Of a DNA stretch of 64,000 nt, positions 1 through 8,831 are shown one piece after another. The notes beneath the pieces were generated by a model, which saw only the letters and a list, made by a program, of their open reading frames with translations, made no database searches and was not told where the DNA came from. The translations under genes were made by a program, and so were the position numbers. Each line of letters begins with the position of its first letter. Position 1 is the first letter of the stretch. This DNA comes from Candidatus Nomurabacteria bacterium (GTDB lineage Bacteria > Patescibacteriota > Minisyncoccia > Phycocordibacterales > SBAW01): the NCBI GenBank assembly GCA_943356415.1, contig CALREW010000001.1, positions 223,900 to 287,899 on the forward strand. The letters are read 5' to 3'.

Positions 1-233
1 TTAAATGCGGTCGCGACTTTATCTACTTTTGTCTTAATTTCTATCTTCCGGAAACGTTCAACCCGCACGCCCTAACCCCGGTAGAAATAGATCGCCAGCA
101 TCTCTTTGGCATCCCAGTACCTAAATACCTTGCGTGGACTCAGCTGCAATTTCTGTATTTACCAAATTATCTTGCGTCAAAAAAACTCTCGCTGTTTATA
201 AACAACAGAAAAATAGAATCGTATTTTAGCTTC

Positions 234-536
234 GTGTTCGGGAACCTCTTTTCTCGGATTTCATACGAAGAGGCAATGGCCAGTATTGAACACTGCGTGC
301 GACAAAACACTGCGTGTGCTATTGATATCCCCATACGAAAAATTGGCCCCGCGCTTTTAGATCACGTGCTTTTTGTTCACGGGTTTGATGCTGAAAACTT
401 GTACGTATGCGACACCCTCACCGTGCCTGATCTTGAGTATCAGAAAATAAATCAATCGGTGCATTATTACAAACTATCTAGAAGCGTAATCAGGAAAAAC
501 TGGTCTATTTTTGGGAGAGTCTGGCGAGTGGAGTAA
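234..536 (+). CDS. hypothetical protein (100 aa, GTG start)
   Basis: Intact ORF in AT-richer backbone; no recognisable motif. Confidence 0.3.
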   Translation: MFGNLFSRISYEEAMASIEHCVRQNTACAIDIPIRKIGPALLDHVLFVHGFDAENLYVCDTLTVPDLEYQKINQSVHYYKLSRSVIRKNWSIFGRVWRVE

Positions 537-617
537 CCTCCCATTTTCGAAGCTGACACTTTTTAAAACCCGTGGTACAGTCTTCCCCGGTACCTCGCAC
601 ACAGGAGAAGTGCGCAC

Positions 618-1013
618 ATGTCTGACGTTCGTGGCGTTCCCAAACGCGACTTTTCCATCGTGTTCTGGGTTCATCTGGCGTTGATCCTGACCATCTGGGC
701 GTCGCCAGTCCTGTTCCCCTGGTCGGCGATTGCGATCGGGATTCCCCTCTACTACCTGCAGATCGGGGTTCTCGGAGAGTGTGTGCTGACAAGGGCCGAG
801 TTCGGCACCTTCAAGCCCACCTATGGCTTCTATGGCCATTACTCCAAGTACATCGGCCTCGGCCGCTACGCCCGGCAGATCGACTGGGCAACCGGATGGA
901 TCCTGCCAGGAGCACTCGGGATCCTGGGCTTCGTTCTCCAATACCTCGCAGGATTCGGCCCGGTTATCCGGATCGGTTTCCTACACCGTCTCGAACAATA
1001 CATCTTGCCGTAA
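618..1013 (+). CDS. small multi-TM membrane protein, DUF2784-like (tentative)
   Basis: ATG preceded by AGGAGA. Hydrophobic helices around a G-E-C-V-L-T-x-x-E motif resemble the C-P-L-T core of DUF2784. G+C-rich CDS followed by its own hairpin terminator. Confidence 0.45.
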   Translation: MSDVRGVPKRDFSIVFWVHLALILTIWASPVLFPWSAIAIGIPLYYLQIGVLGECVLTRAEFGTFKPTYGFYGHYSKYIGLGRYARQIDWATGWILPGALGILGFVLQYLAGFGPVIRIGFLHRLEQYILP

Positions 1014-1037
1014 CGTCCACTGTTCGGCAGCAAAAGG

Positions 1038-1075
1038 CCTCCCAACATCTATGGTTGGGAGGATCGTCGTTTTAA
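1038..1075 (+). terminator. intrinsic terminator
   Basis: cctcccaac-loop-gttgggagg followed by a T-tract directly after the stop at 1013. Confidence 0.55.
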
Positions 1076-1122
1076 TGGAACCGATGCCACTAAACTCTGC
1101 CCACTGGCGTTATACTTTTTAT

Positions 1123-1677
1123 ATGAGGAAGGGTAAAATAGTACACTTGAAAATAATAGGCGTCGTCGGGATGCTCGACAACCCACATGTAGGAGCGCGT
1201 TTGTGGCAGTTTATGGGGGAAGCATTTTTGCACGAGTTCCCCGACGCGACATTTACTACAGAACACTTATTCTACTTTCCCTGGCAGAAATCTAAGATAC
1301 AACGTCTTGCAGAGAAAATTTTAGACAAGCACGACACTGGGGAAGAACTTATTTTACTAGGACATAGCCTCGGTGGCATAATCGCATGCGCCATTGCTCC
1401 AAAATTCAAACACAGCAAAGTAAAGTGCGTCGTAACAGTAAGTTCTCCTCATAAACTACACTTCTTATACCGTTTCCTCGATGCTGAACCTACGCAACTT
1501 CCCTTTCCGGTGATTACCTTTGCAGATACTTTTGACACGGTAGTCCCGTCATTCCTCTCACGTTACCCGGGAAGCATCCATGGCAGCCTCCTTGCAGATC
1601 ACTTGTTCTGGTTTCTGTTTAGCAAACGTCCATCAACGATCATCGCAAAAAAGGTACGAGCCCTGGTTCCTAAGTAG
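1123..1677 (+). CDS. alpha/beta-hydrolase fold esterase/lipase-like
   Basis: G-H-S-L-G-G nucleophile-elbow motif. Upstream in-frame ATGs (1051/1075) lie inside the preceding terminator hairpin, so the start at 1123 is preferred. Confidence 0.5.
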   Translation: MRKGKIVHLKIIGVVGMLDNPHVGARLWQFMGEAFLHEFPDATFTTEHLFYFPWQKSKIQRLAEKILDKHDTGEELILLGHSLGGIIACAIAPKFKHSKVKCVVTVSSPHKLHFLYRFLDAEPTQLPFPVITFADTFDTVVPSFLSRYPGSIHGSLLADHLFWFLFSKRPSTIIAKKVRALVPK

Positions 1678-2012
1678 CCTTCTGCGCTTACTTTATCGAT
1701 GCGGGCAGCCGGCCCAGCAGCACGGACGGCGCATGCCTGATTTCAACTTCGAAAGACCTTTCTTAATTCTGATGCCTCTTGTCTCTAATTTCTTGCCAGA
1801 TGTAACCCAACATATCCACTCATTGCGAGCGAGCGGCGTAATATCCTTCCATACCGCCAACGCCGCAGGAGTTGCTGCAAGAGCTTTTCGTAGATCTGTG
1901 GGCAACGTATGTGCGACACCCGTGGAGACTCCTTTTTTAGCCATTGAGACTATCCTACCAAATCGCAGTAGAATGTATCCGCGTGAGAATCTTTCGACTC
2001 ATCGGAAACGCG

Positions 2013-2627
2013 ATGGCAGGCTCTCTTGACGTGGGTGTCGGGATGCTTATTGCCGCTTCCCTCTCCTTTGCATATGGCCTCGAGGTACACCCACCGTACG
2101 TTCTCGTTTTTGGCGCACTTTTTGCATTGCTGCCCGATTTCGACATTGTGCTACCGATACTCAAAGGAAACATCGAAGGAAATCACCGGCTTACACTATT
2201 TCACGCACCACTTCTTACGCTTGGGATTGTGGCTTTTTTTGGAGCCATCGGAAGTTTCTACGCAGGAAATATTTTCTGGCTGGTGTGTCCATTAGTCTGC
2301 GTACTGTGGCACTACATACACGACACTGAAGGTTGGTTTCTTGGAAACGGCGCCATCGCCTGGGCATGGCCCTATCGCAAAACAACATACACCTTTAAAG
2401 GCCCCACAATCCTTGAGGAAGGCTCCCATGACGAGTGGCTCACTACAAATTGGCTTAAACCAGCATCTCTTTCTATAAAAGAACTCGGGCTTGGTGCCCT
2501 GTTTGTCGGTGCAGCAATAGCGTTCTTTTATGGTTCATTCTGGGGATGCGTCGCTTTTGCGGCTGCCATTCTTTCAGTGATTGTGGCCTGGATTTCTTAT
2601 TCCTTCTTTTCAAGAGGGTTCTTCTGA
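2013..2627 (+). CDS. membrane-bound metal-dependent hydrolase (DUF457/YdjM-like)
   Basis: Several TM helices with His/Asp-containing segments (LFHAPLL, HYIHDTEGW) typical of the DUF457 family. The start is uncertain (ORF opens at 1944). Confidence 0.45.
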   Translation: MAGSLDVGVGMLIAASLSFAYGLEVHPPYVLVFGALFALLPDFDIVLPILKGNIEGNHRLTLFHAPLLTLGIVAFFGAIGSFYAGNIFWLVCPLVCVLWHYIHDTEGWFLGNGAIAWAWPYRKTTYTFKGPTILEEGSHDEWLTTNWLKPASLSIKELGLGALFVGAAIAFFYGSFWGCVAFAAAILSVIVAWISYSFFSRGFF

Positions 2628-2703
2628 ATTCTCCCTCCGATCAGCATCAACAAACGTTCACGGTGTTAGTAGATTCGTGGACGGAACGGGAAAGGAGGAA
2701 ACC

Positions 2704-3147
2704 ATGAAATCCTTGTTCCTCGCGGCAATCGCCCTCGCCGCAATCGGCACGCTGATGGGATGTTCACCTGAGCCCCCGGCAGTGCCTAACAATCCCCCGG
2801 CAGATCTCCGGACACTCACGAAGGAGGATTCGGCCGACTTCAAGCGGATGGCCGGGCAGATGAAGGAGGCGACGGGCACGCAGCTCGACGTCCTCGTCGT
2901 CGAAAATTTGGGACGCCGAAGCATCGAACAATATGCGGCAAGCGTCACCAAGCATTGGGCCATCGGTGAGACGGACCGGATCGTGCTCGTCCTCGCGGTG
3001 AAGGCGCGCGCCTTCAGGGTCGAGTACGGCCCGGATGCGCCTGAGAAATCCGTCGAGTACTTCAGACGCATCCTGGCCAACTTCGTCGGCTGGCTGCAAG
3101 GCGTGGCATGCTACCACGACGAACTCGGCACCACTTGCCGCGGGTAG
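2704..3147 (+). CDS. TPM-domain lipoprotein
   Basis: GGAGG 8 nt upstream of the ATG. Signal peptide with lipobox (LMGC). LVVENLGRRSIEQYAASV...RIVLVLAVKARAFRVEYG matches the TPM phosphatase-domain core. G+C-rich CDS. Confidence 0.55.
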   Translation: MKSLFLAAIALAAIGTLMGCSPEPPAVPNNPPADLRTLTKEDSADFKRMAGQMKEATGTQLDVLVVENLGRRSIEQYAASVTKHWAIGETDRIVLVLAVKARAFRVEYGPDAPEKSVEYFRRILANFVGWLQGVACYHDELGTTCRG

Positions 3148-3170
3148 CGTCACACACCGTCACTTTGGGC

Positions 3171-3220
3171 GGGACAGGAAGATTTGCTTCCTGTCCCTCG
3201 CGGGGTGGCGGTTTTTCTTT
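3171..3220 (+). terminator. intrinsic terminator
   Basis: Perfect 11-bp stem gggacaggaag/cttcctgtccc, then ggcggtttttcttt. Confidence 0.6.
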
Positions 3221-3276
3221 AGCATTAACAATCAGCACTTAGTTTAAAGAATGCTTCGAAACTCAACCCACAATAT

Positions 3277-3305
3277 TTGACAATACAAAAAATAAATGCA
3301 TAATA
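3277..3305 (+). promoter_or_regulatory. near-consensus sigma70-type promoter (TTGACA-N17-ATAATA)
   Basis: Exact TTGACA, a 17-nt spacer and ATAATA, ending 14 nt before the GTG at 3319. Confidence 0.5.
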
Positions 3306-3318
3306 TACTCGTGCCATC

Positions 3319-3888
3319 GTGCAGTATAAACTTTCTGTAGGAGAACGTCCTTTGGAAATTATCTACCCGGTGCCCAAAAGCCCCCATAGATTGGGACGTG
3401 TCGGGAAGCGGGAGTTTCAGGACTGGTATCAAAGCGTGATCGCGGCAAAAATGCTACTCGAACAAAGCCGCAGCGCGCAGGTACATGCAAAAGTACTCCT
3501 CCTGACCGCAACGAACATCGCAGGCCAAAAGCCTGAAATCGAAATCTATCTCGACGCACTGAAGGAACTCGGCGTCGAAGATGACGACACACTCGTCGTA
3601 AGAAAGGGTTTTGAGACCATTGGCCACCTGGAAGCGGCGATGGAAGTCGCACGCAAACATAAGGCACGGCTGGTTGTCATCTCAACTCTTTTGCACTCGC
3701 CACGAGTAAGGTGGTTGTGCCGAAGAAACAAGGAAGTCCATCACCGGACGGTGATTGGGATCCCCAGACCCAAAGAAGCCGTAACTGACTTAGTTCTGAG
3801 TGTTCTATTCCCTCTCATCGACATATGTGGTGGCAGGGCATGGTTCCTGGGCAAAGTTGGTGCGCGGCGCACTCACGGCAGACTGTAA
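3319..3888 (+). CDS. hypothetical protein, possible DUF218 (YdcF/SanA-like) domain
   Basis: The C-terminal half (ETIGHLEAA...LVVISTLLHSPRVRWL) resembles the DUF218 T-x-x-N / VTS-x-x-H-x-x-R core. GTG start almost leaderless; the true start may lie downstream. Confidence 0.35.
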   Translation: MQYKLSVGERPLEIIYPVPKSPHRLGRVGKREFQDWYQSVIAAKMLLEQSRSAQVHAKVLLLTATNIAGQKPEIEIYLDALKELGVEDDDTLVVRKGFETIGHLEAAMEVARKHKARLVVISTLLHSPRVRWLCRRNKEVHHRTVIGIPRPKEAVTDLVLSVLFPLIDICGGRAWFLGKVGARRTHGRL

Positions 3889-3904
3889 GAAGAGGCACCC
3901 AAGC

Positions 3905-3966
3905 TGCCACCCTAACGAGACGAAAAGCCAAAGCTTCGTCTCACGACGGGGTGGCGGTTTTTCAAT
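3905..3966. terminator. bidirectional terminator between convergent genes
   Basis: Nested hairpins gagacgaa...ttcgtctc and gccaccc...gggtggc, followed by ggttttt. Confidence 0.5.
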
Positions 3967-4016
3967 TGCATCGCTCGCTAATCCAACATGCTTCGTGCGC
4001 GTATTATTTTATGCGG

Positions 4017-5132
4017 CTAATTTTCAGTACTTACAACTCCAACATCATGAGTAAGATCGATGTGCTCAAAATTGTGCGCTTCACAATATTTTTTTTCAAA
4101 ATCGTCCAGACCGAAACAGAGGCGCGGAGCATTCGCGTGCGCTGCTTCCCTACGCAATTGCGTAAATGCCCACGACCAACACGCAACGCGCCCAACTGCC
4201 GTACCTGAAACCGCTGCGCAGGCATCTACCGTTGCGGTTGCGTCGTAGTTTGTGACTAACGGCGCCGCATATCCTACCCCCTTGAAGCAACTTTCAACCG
4301 CAGAAGAAGAGAGCGTTATTGCACTATCACAATGTGCTCCCATCAGTGAATACAATTCATGTCTTTCTTTTGAATCAAGTAGTCGACGCCACCAAAACGG
4401 CTGCCAAAACATACACGCGTCTTGATACTGACTACTTACGCTCGTGCATGGTTGAAGAAACTCGACACCAGAGGAAGGCTGTTTTGGTGCTGTCTCATTA
4501 AATTGCAACATAACGTGCAAGTTATATTCCATAAAAACTCCGCCGTAACAACCTAATCCCAAATCGGTATGACGCTCCAGATTTGCACATTGCGTCAAAG
4601 ATTCTTGTAAGGCATCCGACGTATATCCCATATAACTTTCAATCGCATGCCCTATGCCGTGGTCACAGGTTCTCCTCTCCGCAATAGAATCTTCCTCAGC
4701 GCATCGTCGCTCAAGTTGACTGAGGCCAGCTTGTAACCCACTGCCCTTTACAAGCGTGGTAAAAAAAGCGTGCCAACAGCCTTGTCCAAATTGGTTGTCG
4801 CACACCGTAAACCCTTCTACGGGTTCGCGTTTGTAGAGTGCTTCACCGAAGGTATGTGCTTCAACGTGTTGATCCAAAATTGAAAATCTTGAAATTCCAG
4901 ATGCAAGTTCCTCATACGCTGCCTTGCCGCCCATTTCAGCGATTCTGCCTTCCCAGTATGTGACTTCTTCACTGTAGTCAGTTTTTCCTAACGATACGTG
5001 ACGAATGAAGTGCGAAGGACTAAATGTCTTCCGCATCGTATCTGGAAGAACATATATAAGAACTCCCAAACAAACGAGTAAGGTTGCTAAAAGGAGCCAA
5101 GCCAGGCCCGAGCACCACCGCGACTTCGACAT
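4017..5132 (-). CDS. Cys-rich membrane-anchored hypothetical protein (371 aa)
   Basis: One N-terminal TM helix, then a domain with about 14 regularly spaced cysteines. No known catalytic motif. Confidence 0.45.
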   Translation of the reverse strand: MSKSRWCSGLAWLLLATLLVCLGVLIYVLPDTMRKTFSPSHFIRHVSLGKTDYSEEVTYWEGRIAEMGGKAAYEELASGISRFSILDQHVEAHTFGEALYKREPVEGFTVCDNQFGQGCWHAFFTTLVKGSGLQAGLSQLERRCAEEDSIAERRTCDHGIGHAIESYMGYTSDALQESLTQCANLERHTDLGLGCYGGVFMEYNLHVMLQFNETAPKQPSSGVEFLQPCTSVSSQYQDACMFWQPFWWRRLLDSKERHELYSLMGAHCDSAITLSSSAVESCFKGVGYAAPLVTNYDATATVDACAAVSGTAVGRVACWSWAFTQLRREAAHANAPRLCFGLDDFEKKYCEAHNFEHIDLTHDVGVVSTEN

Positions 5133-5220
5133 ACAAGCATAGTAACAAAGACGAACTCAGCAGCGAGAATCCATCGCAGATGCAAAATAATACCGTATAC
5201 AAACATGATACGATCGGAGC

Positions 5221-5886
5221 GTGAGACAGGTCGCACCATGGATCAGGCGTTCCCTCTGGCGTGCGTTTGCTATTGCAGTAGGGCTTATTTCTATAGTCTC
5301 GTGCATCATCTATGCCACCGCCCCTGAGTTCGTGCACACACTGGAAAATCAGGTACGAACCTACTTTTTAAACGAGGCGCCTGTTCCCTGTCTTGGGTTG
5401 GATAAGCGACCACGTTCAATATGCTGGAACAAAGAAATACACTCGGCACTTAAAAAGAGCGTCATTGCGGCCTTTAACGGCATCACAAGCTCGCTTATCC
5501 AAGTGCCAATTCTCATCGGCCTCTGGAAGTTCAAGCGACTTCTGTGGTGGGAAAAGACGCTGTTTTTCGTCTTCCCATTTATGCCGGCAATCATGTGGTT
5601 CTCCCCGCCCGAAGCAAAGGACAACCTGTTTTTGGCCCTTACTCTCATCACGTTGGTACCGGCCTGCAGGCAGCCCTATGAGATGTGGAGGGCGGGTACG
5701 AGAGGAGCGGTCGAGATTAAGTTCTTCGGCACCCAGTTGATCAATTGCGCCGTCTGGATGGCGTTCGCTTTTTCCATCGGAACATGGGTCGTTATCTTGT
5801 GCCAGTCGCTTATGACGCTCACGGTCATCGCCACCGTCGCGCTGTGGTGCTGGTACCGCGCCAAAGAACCTAACCCGCCGAAGTAG
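5221..5886 (+). CDS. hypothetical integral membrane protein
   Basis: Five to six predicted TM helices; no motif. Confidence 0.4.
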   Translation: MRQVAPWIRRSLWRAFAIAVGLISIVSCIIYATAPEFVHTLENQVRTYFLNEAPVPCLGLDKRPRSICWNKEIHSALKKSVIAAFNGITSSLIQVPILIGLWKFKRLLWWEKTLFFVFPFMPAIMWFSPPEAKDNLFLALTLITLVPACRQPYEMWRAGTRGAVEIKFFGTQLINCAVWMAFAFSIGTWVVILCQSLMTLTVIATVALWCWYRAKEPNPPK

Positions 5887-5978
5887 CTCACGCCACTTAC
5901 GGCTAACGCCTAACGGCTCATCGCCGCACTGAAGGTCGCCAATCCGGCCATCCACTGGTGCGGCGATCTTCTTTACCA

Positions 5979-6488
5979 CTACGACACGAGTTTCTCGACG
6001 ATATATTTGAAGTGTCTTTCCGATACCGGCATAACGGAGAGTCGCGAACCTTTTGCAAGAACCAACATACCGCCAAGTTCCCTTTCGGCTTTCAGCTCAA
6101 CAAGTGATACAGGGCGCTTAAACTTTTTTACAAACTGCACGTCCACACACATCCAGATAGGATTTTCTTTGGTCGACTTCGGATCATAGTGCTCGTCTTT
6201 CTTGTCCTGAGCCGTCAAATCAGCATGTGGCTTGCTTGCCACTTTTGCGATGCCATAAATACCTGGTTCTGCGACTGAGTGGTAGAAGAGGCAGAGGTCA
6301 CCTACTTTCATACCATCGCGTATAAAGTTGCGCGCTTGGTAGTTGCGTATCCCCGTCCACGGCACGCGTTTGTCACGCGCCAGGTCGTCTATCGAATACA
6401 TCGCTGCCTCAGTTTTGATAAGCCAGTAGTTCACGAAAGGAACTATAGCAGATGACTTACCTTGTCCTGGATACGAAAAAACCGCCAT
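5979..6488 (-). CDS. EVE (PUA-like) domain protein
   Basis: WLIKTE...YSIDDL...W.GIRNYQARNF.R.MKVGDL.LFYHS...GIYGIAKV...VDVQFVKKF.RPVSL.ELKA...VLAKGSRLSVMPV is the EVE-domain signature. Confidence 0.75.
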   Translation of the reverse strand: MAVFSYPGQGKSSAIVPFVNYWLIKTEAAMYSIDDLARDKRVPWTGIRNYQARNFIRDGMKVGDLCLFYHSVAEPGIYGIAKVASKPHADLTAQDKKDEHYDPKSTKENPIWMCVDVQFVKKFKRPVSLVELKAERELGGMLVLAKGSRLSVMPVSERHFKYIVEKLVS

Positions 6489-6523
6489 GAGGCGGCTCTT
6501 CGTTCTTCACTACCTAAACGGAC

Positions 6524-6778
6524 TTAGCTAAGGTGCTTGGAGACCAACTTGGTCATCTCAAACATGTTGACCTCTGCCTTTCCACCGAAGACAACCTTGA
6601 GCTTGTCGTCAGCCTTGATATTGCGCTTGTTCTTCGGGTCCTGAAGATCATGCTTCTTGATATATGCCCAAAGTGCCTTCACCACCTCCGAGCGAGGCAT
6701 CGGGCCCTTACCTACAACTGCCTCGAGCTCTTCGCTGAGCTTCATAGGCTTCATGAACGCTGAGTTTGCTTGTGCCAC
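6524..6778 (-). CDS. SWIB/MDM2 domain protein
   Basis: LSEELEAVVGK..MPRSEVVKALWAYIKKHDLQDPKNKRNIKADDKLKVVFG matches the SWIB domain. GTG start at 6778; the internal ATG at 6754 is also possible. Confidence 0.75.
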   Translation of the reverse strand: MAQANSAFMKPMKLSEELEAVVGKGPMPRSEVVKALWAYIKKHDLQDPKNKRNIKADDKLKVVFGGKAEVNMFEMTKLVSKHLS

Positions 6779-6882
6779 GAAAATATGACTTAGCTGTTAT
6801 TACGCCCTGTGCCCTCTAGTATATACGAGGGAGAAAATACGCAATAGGGCTATCCCGTTCACGGGAATAAAACTTAACTTAC

Positions 6883-6912
6883 TTGACAAGTAACTAAAAA
6901 TATAGTAAAAAC
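6883..6912 (+). promoter_or_regulatory. putative promoter for 6943..7374
   Basis: TTGACA followed by an AT-rich -10 region, then GAGGAG 8 nt before the ATG. Confidence 0.35.
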
Positions 6913-6942
6913 AGTTTTGGAGAAAAGATTGAGGAGAAGTCG

Positions 6943-7374
6943 ATGGCGCAAGCCACAGAGCCGAGATATCAGCTGCAGAGCGTCATGAGCTACGAAAATG
7001 CGCTCACGGTGGTTGACCGCCTTGCCGACGGCCTCGGCAAGGCGATTGACGAGAAGATCCGGCCGCTCGTCGCGGTCATGATCATGTGCGACATCGAGAC
7101 ACGGATGTCGTGCGAGGGGCATGCGACGCGCAGCCGACCGCACCCCTGGGTCACCGTGTCGCTCGGCCAAGAGGCGAAGCTCAACTGCCTGCTCGGCTGG
7201 CAGAATCGCCCGGGACCGGCGAACAACCCCAACCACAACCAGTGGGTGCTCGAGAGCCATCCACACGGATGGTGCGTCACCCCCCGGAACCTAGACCAGC
7301 CCCTCGACGTGCTCCAGCGCTACGCGCTCGAGTTCGCCGAACGAATCCAGTTGATGCTCAACATCTCGAGGTAA
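6943..7374 (+). CDS. hypothetical protein (143 aa, G+C-rich)
   Basis: Clean ORF with SD and a downstream hairpin plus T-tract. Cys/His-containing; no recognised family. Confidence 0.45.
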   Translation: MAQATEPRYQLQSVMSYENALTVVDRLADGLGKAIDEKIRPLVAVMIMCDIETRMSCEGHATRSRPHPWVTVSLGQEAKLNCLLGWQNRPGPANNPNHNQWVLESHPHGWCVTPRNLDQPLDVLQRYALEFAERIQLMLNISR

Positions 7375-7391
7375 GAAATCCTCGAGCCGAA

Positions 7392-7428
7392 CCCGTCCGC
7401 AGACTATCGCGGGCGGGTTTTGCATTTC
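7392..7428 (+). terminator. intrinsic terminator overlapping the last codons of the convergent SET gene
   Basis: cccgtccgc...gcgggcggg then ttttgcatttc. The right arm lies inside the SET C-terminal codons. Confidence 0.45.
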
Positions 7429-7880
7429 AGACACCGGCACCCTTTTGGCTTGATATGTTCGTTCCAATATTCCTTGCCGTAGTCGTACGTGAGCTCTTCG
7501 CCTTCCTTGATGTTGCGTCGCGCCATGATAAACACACGATGCTTGCGCACTTCAATCTCGCAGTTGGGGCGACACGAGTGATTGATGTACCCTGCTTTGT
7601 TTATCTTTGGCCGTCCATCGATAGTTACCTTCGAATTAACTTCGAAAAGATAGAGGCTATTGCTTGTATATTCTTCCGCCTGCGAAATAAAACGGCCGAC
7701 ATACTCAATGACACACGAACCCTTAGGTATTTCACTAAACGTATAGAGACCCAAGCCTGCACTTGAGCGCTTAACTTTCAAATCAAAGTTCCCGGGATCA
7801 AATTTTAACTTTCTTTTCTTGGGTTTCGTTTTCATAGCAGAAATTAAATGGGCGCGTCGTGTACGCGCCATATCTATCAA
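7404..7880 (-). CDS. SET-domain protein-lysine methyltransferase-like
   Basis: GLGLYTFSEIPKGSCVIEYVG..., NHSCRPNCEI, ELTYDYG.EYW and a C-terminal C.C..C post-SET cluster. ORF opens with TTG at 7880; the ATG at 7871 is the likely start. Confidence 0.7.
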   Translation of the reverse strand: MIDMARTRRAHLISAMKTKPKKRKLKFDPGNFDLKVKRSSAGLGLYTFSEIPKGSCVIEYVGRFISQAEEYTSNSLYLFEVNSKVTIDGRPKINKAGYINHSCRPNCEIEVRKHRVFIMARRNIKEGEELTYDYGKEYWNEHIKPKGCRCLKCKTRPR

Positions 7881-8008
7881 TGCACGTCTGCGAGTATACC
7901 AGAGCTTTTTTGGTTTGTAGATTTATTTCTGATTTTTAGTACGCTAGCTGCGGCGTTTATGTAAGCGGCCGCGGCTTCCCAGCGGTAAATGACAGACATG
8001 GAGCCATC

Positions 8009-8671
8009 ATGGCCCCGAGCACATCGCAGCAGTCTCCCCGGCGAATCATCGCTTCAGTGAGCGACAAGGGAGGCCTCGGCTTCCTCAAGCGCTTCACCGA
8101 CACTGGTGGCTGGCAGGTCATCTCCACCGGCGGCACGTTGAAGCAGCTCAAGGAGCTCGATGTCCCCTGCACCGACGTCGAAGAGATGACCGGCATGCCG
8201 GAGATGATGGGAGGGCGGGTGAAGACTCTCCATCCCATCATCCATGGTTCGGTGCTGGCACGCCCGAGCACCAACGACATGGACCAGCTCCGGATGTACG
8301 TCAACGGCCTCGGTCTTCCGGTGGCAGACGTCGTCCCCATCGAGCTGGTCGTCGTGAACTTCTACCCGTTCCGCGCAACGGTCGAGCTGTTCAAGGAAGA
8401 CAAGGTGAGCGACGCCGACGTTGTCGAGCAGATCGACATCGGAGGGCCCGCATTGGTGCGCGCCGCCGCTAAGGCGTGCAATGCCGACGGTGGACCGCTG
8501 GTGGTCGTGGACCCGAGGGACTACGAGTGGGTGGCAGACGCGCTGCTCTCCGGCACCATCCCACCCGAGTTGCGCAGGCAGCTCATGTACAAGGCCTACG
8601 CGGCGACGGCCGACTACGACATGGCCATCGCTGCCTGGACGATCACCCGTCTCGGCGGCAGCGCTCACTGA
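8009..8671 (+). CDS. stand-alone IMP cyclohydrolase (MGS-like, PurH N-terminal) domain protein
   Basis: IASVSDKGGL..., VISTGGT, GRVKTLHP.IHG, VVVNFYPF and IDIGGP.LVRAAAK match the PurH N-terminal domain. The ORF stops after about 220 aa with no AICAR transformylase domain. G+C-rich. Confidence 0.55.
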   Translation: MAPSTSQQSPRRIIASVSDKGGLGFLKRFTDTGGWQVISTGGTLKQLKELDVPCTDVEEMTGMPEMMGGRVKTLHPIIHGSVLARPSTNDMDQLRMYVNGLGLPVADVVPIELVVVNFYPFRATVELFKEDKVSDADVVEQIDIGGPALVRAAAKACNADGGPLVVVDPRDYEWVADALLSGTIPPELRRQLMYKAYAATADYDMAIAAWTITRLGGSAH

Positions 8672-8694
8672 CACGGTCGAAGAGGCAATGGAAC

Positions 8695-8732
8695 GGGCCG
8701 CCCGACATACTGTGGCGGCCCGTTCTCTTTTC
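8695..8732 (+). terminator. intrinsic terminator
   Basis: gggccgcc-loop-ggcggccc followed by gttctcttttc. Confidence 0.55.
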
Positions 8733-8831
8733 TAAATAAAATTGAAGTACTGAAACGAAAACCCCCCCGCCCGTGCGCTTGCGCGCTAGGCGAGGGGTTT
8801 CCCGTTTACGCGGTCGGGACCGCTTCCTACT

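Noticed and set aside
823-1677. The 284-aa ORF running from the G+C-rich DUF2784-like gene into the hydrolase
   Set aside because: It crosses a sharp composition boundary and the terminator hairpin at 1038-1075. Only the portion from 1123 onward looks like real coding sequence.
8054-8674. Long antisense and overlapping ORFs inside the G+C-rich genes (for example 8054-8674 minus, 10074-10877 minus, 19100-20188 plus, 20210-21220 plus, 16215-16817 plus, 7086-7766 plus)
   Set aside because: They overlap confidently assigned enzymes on the opposite strand or frame and have Arg/Ala/Pro-rich low-complexity translations typical of stop-codon depletion in GC-rich DNA. None has an SD or a terminator.
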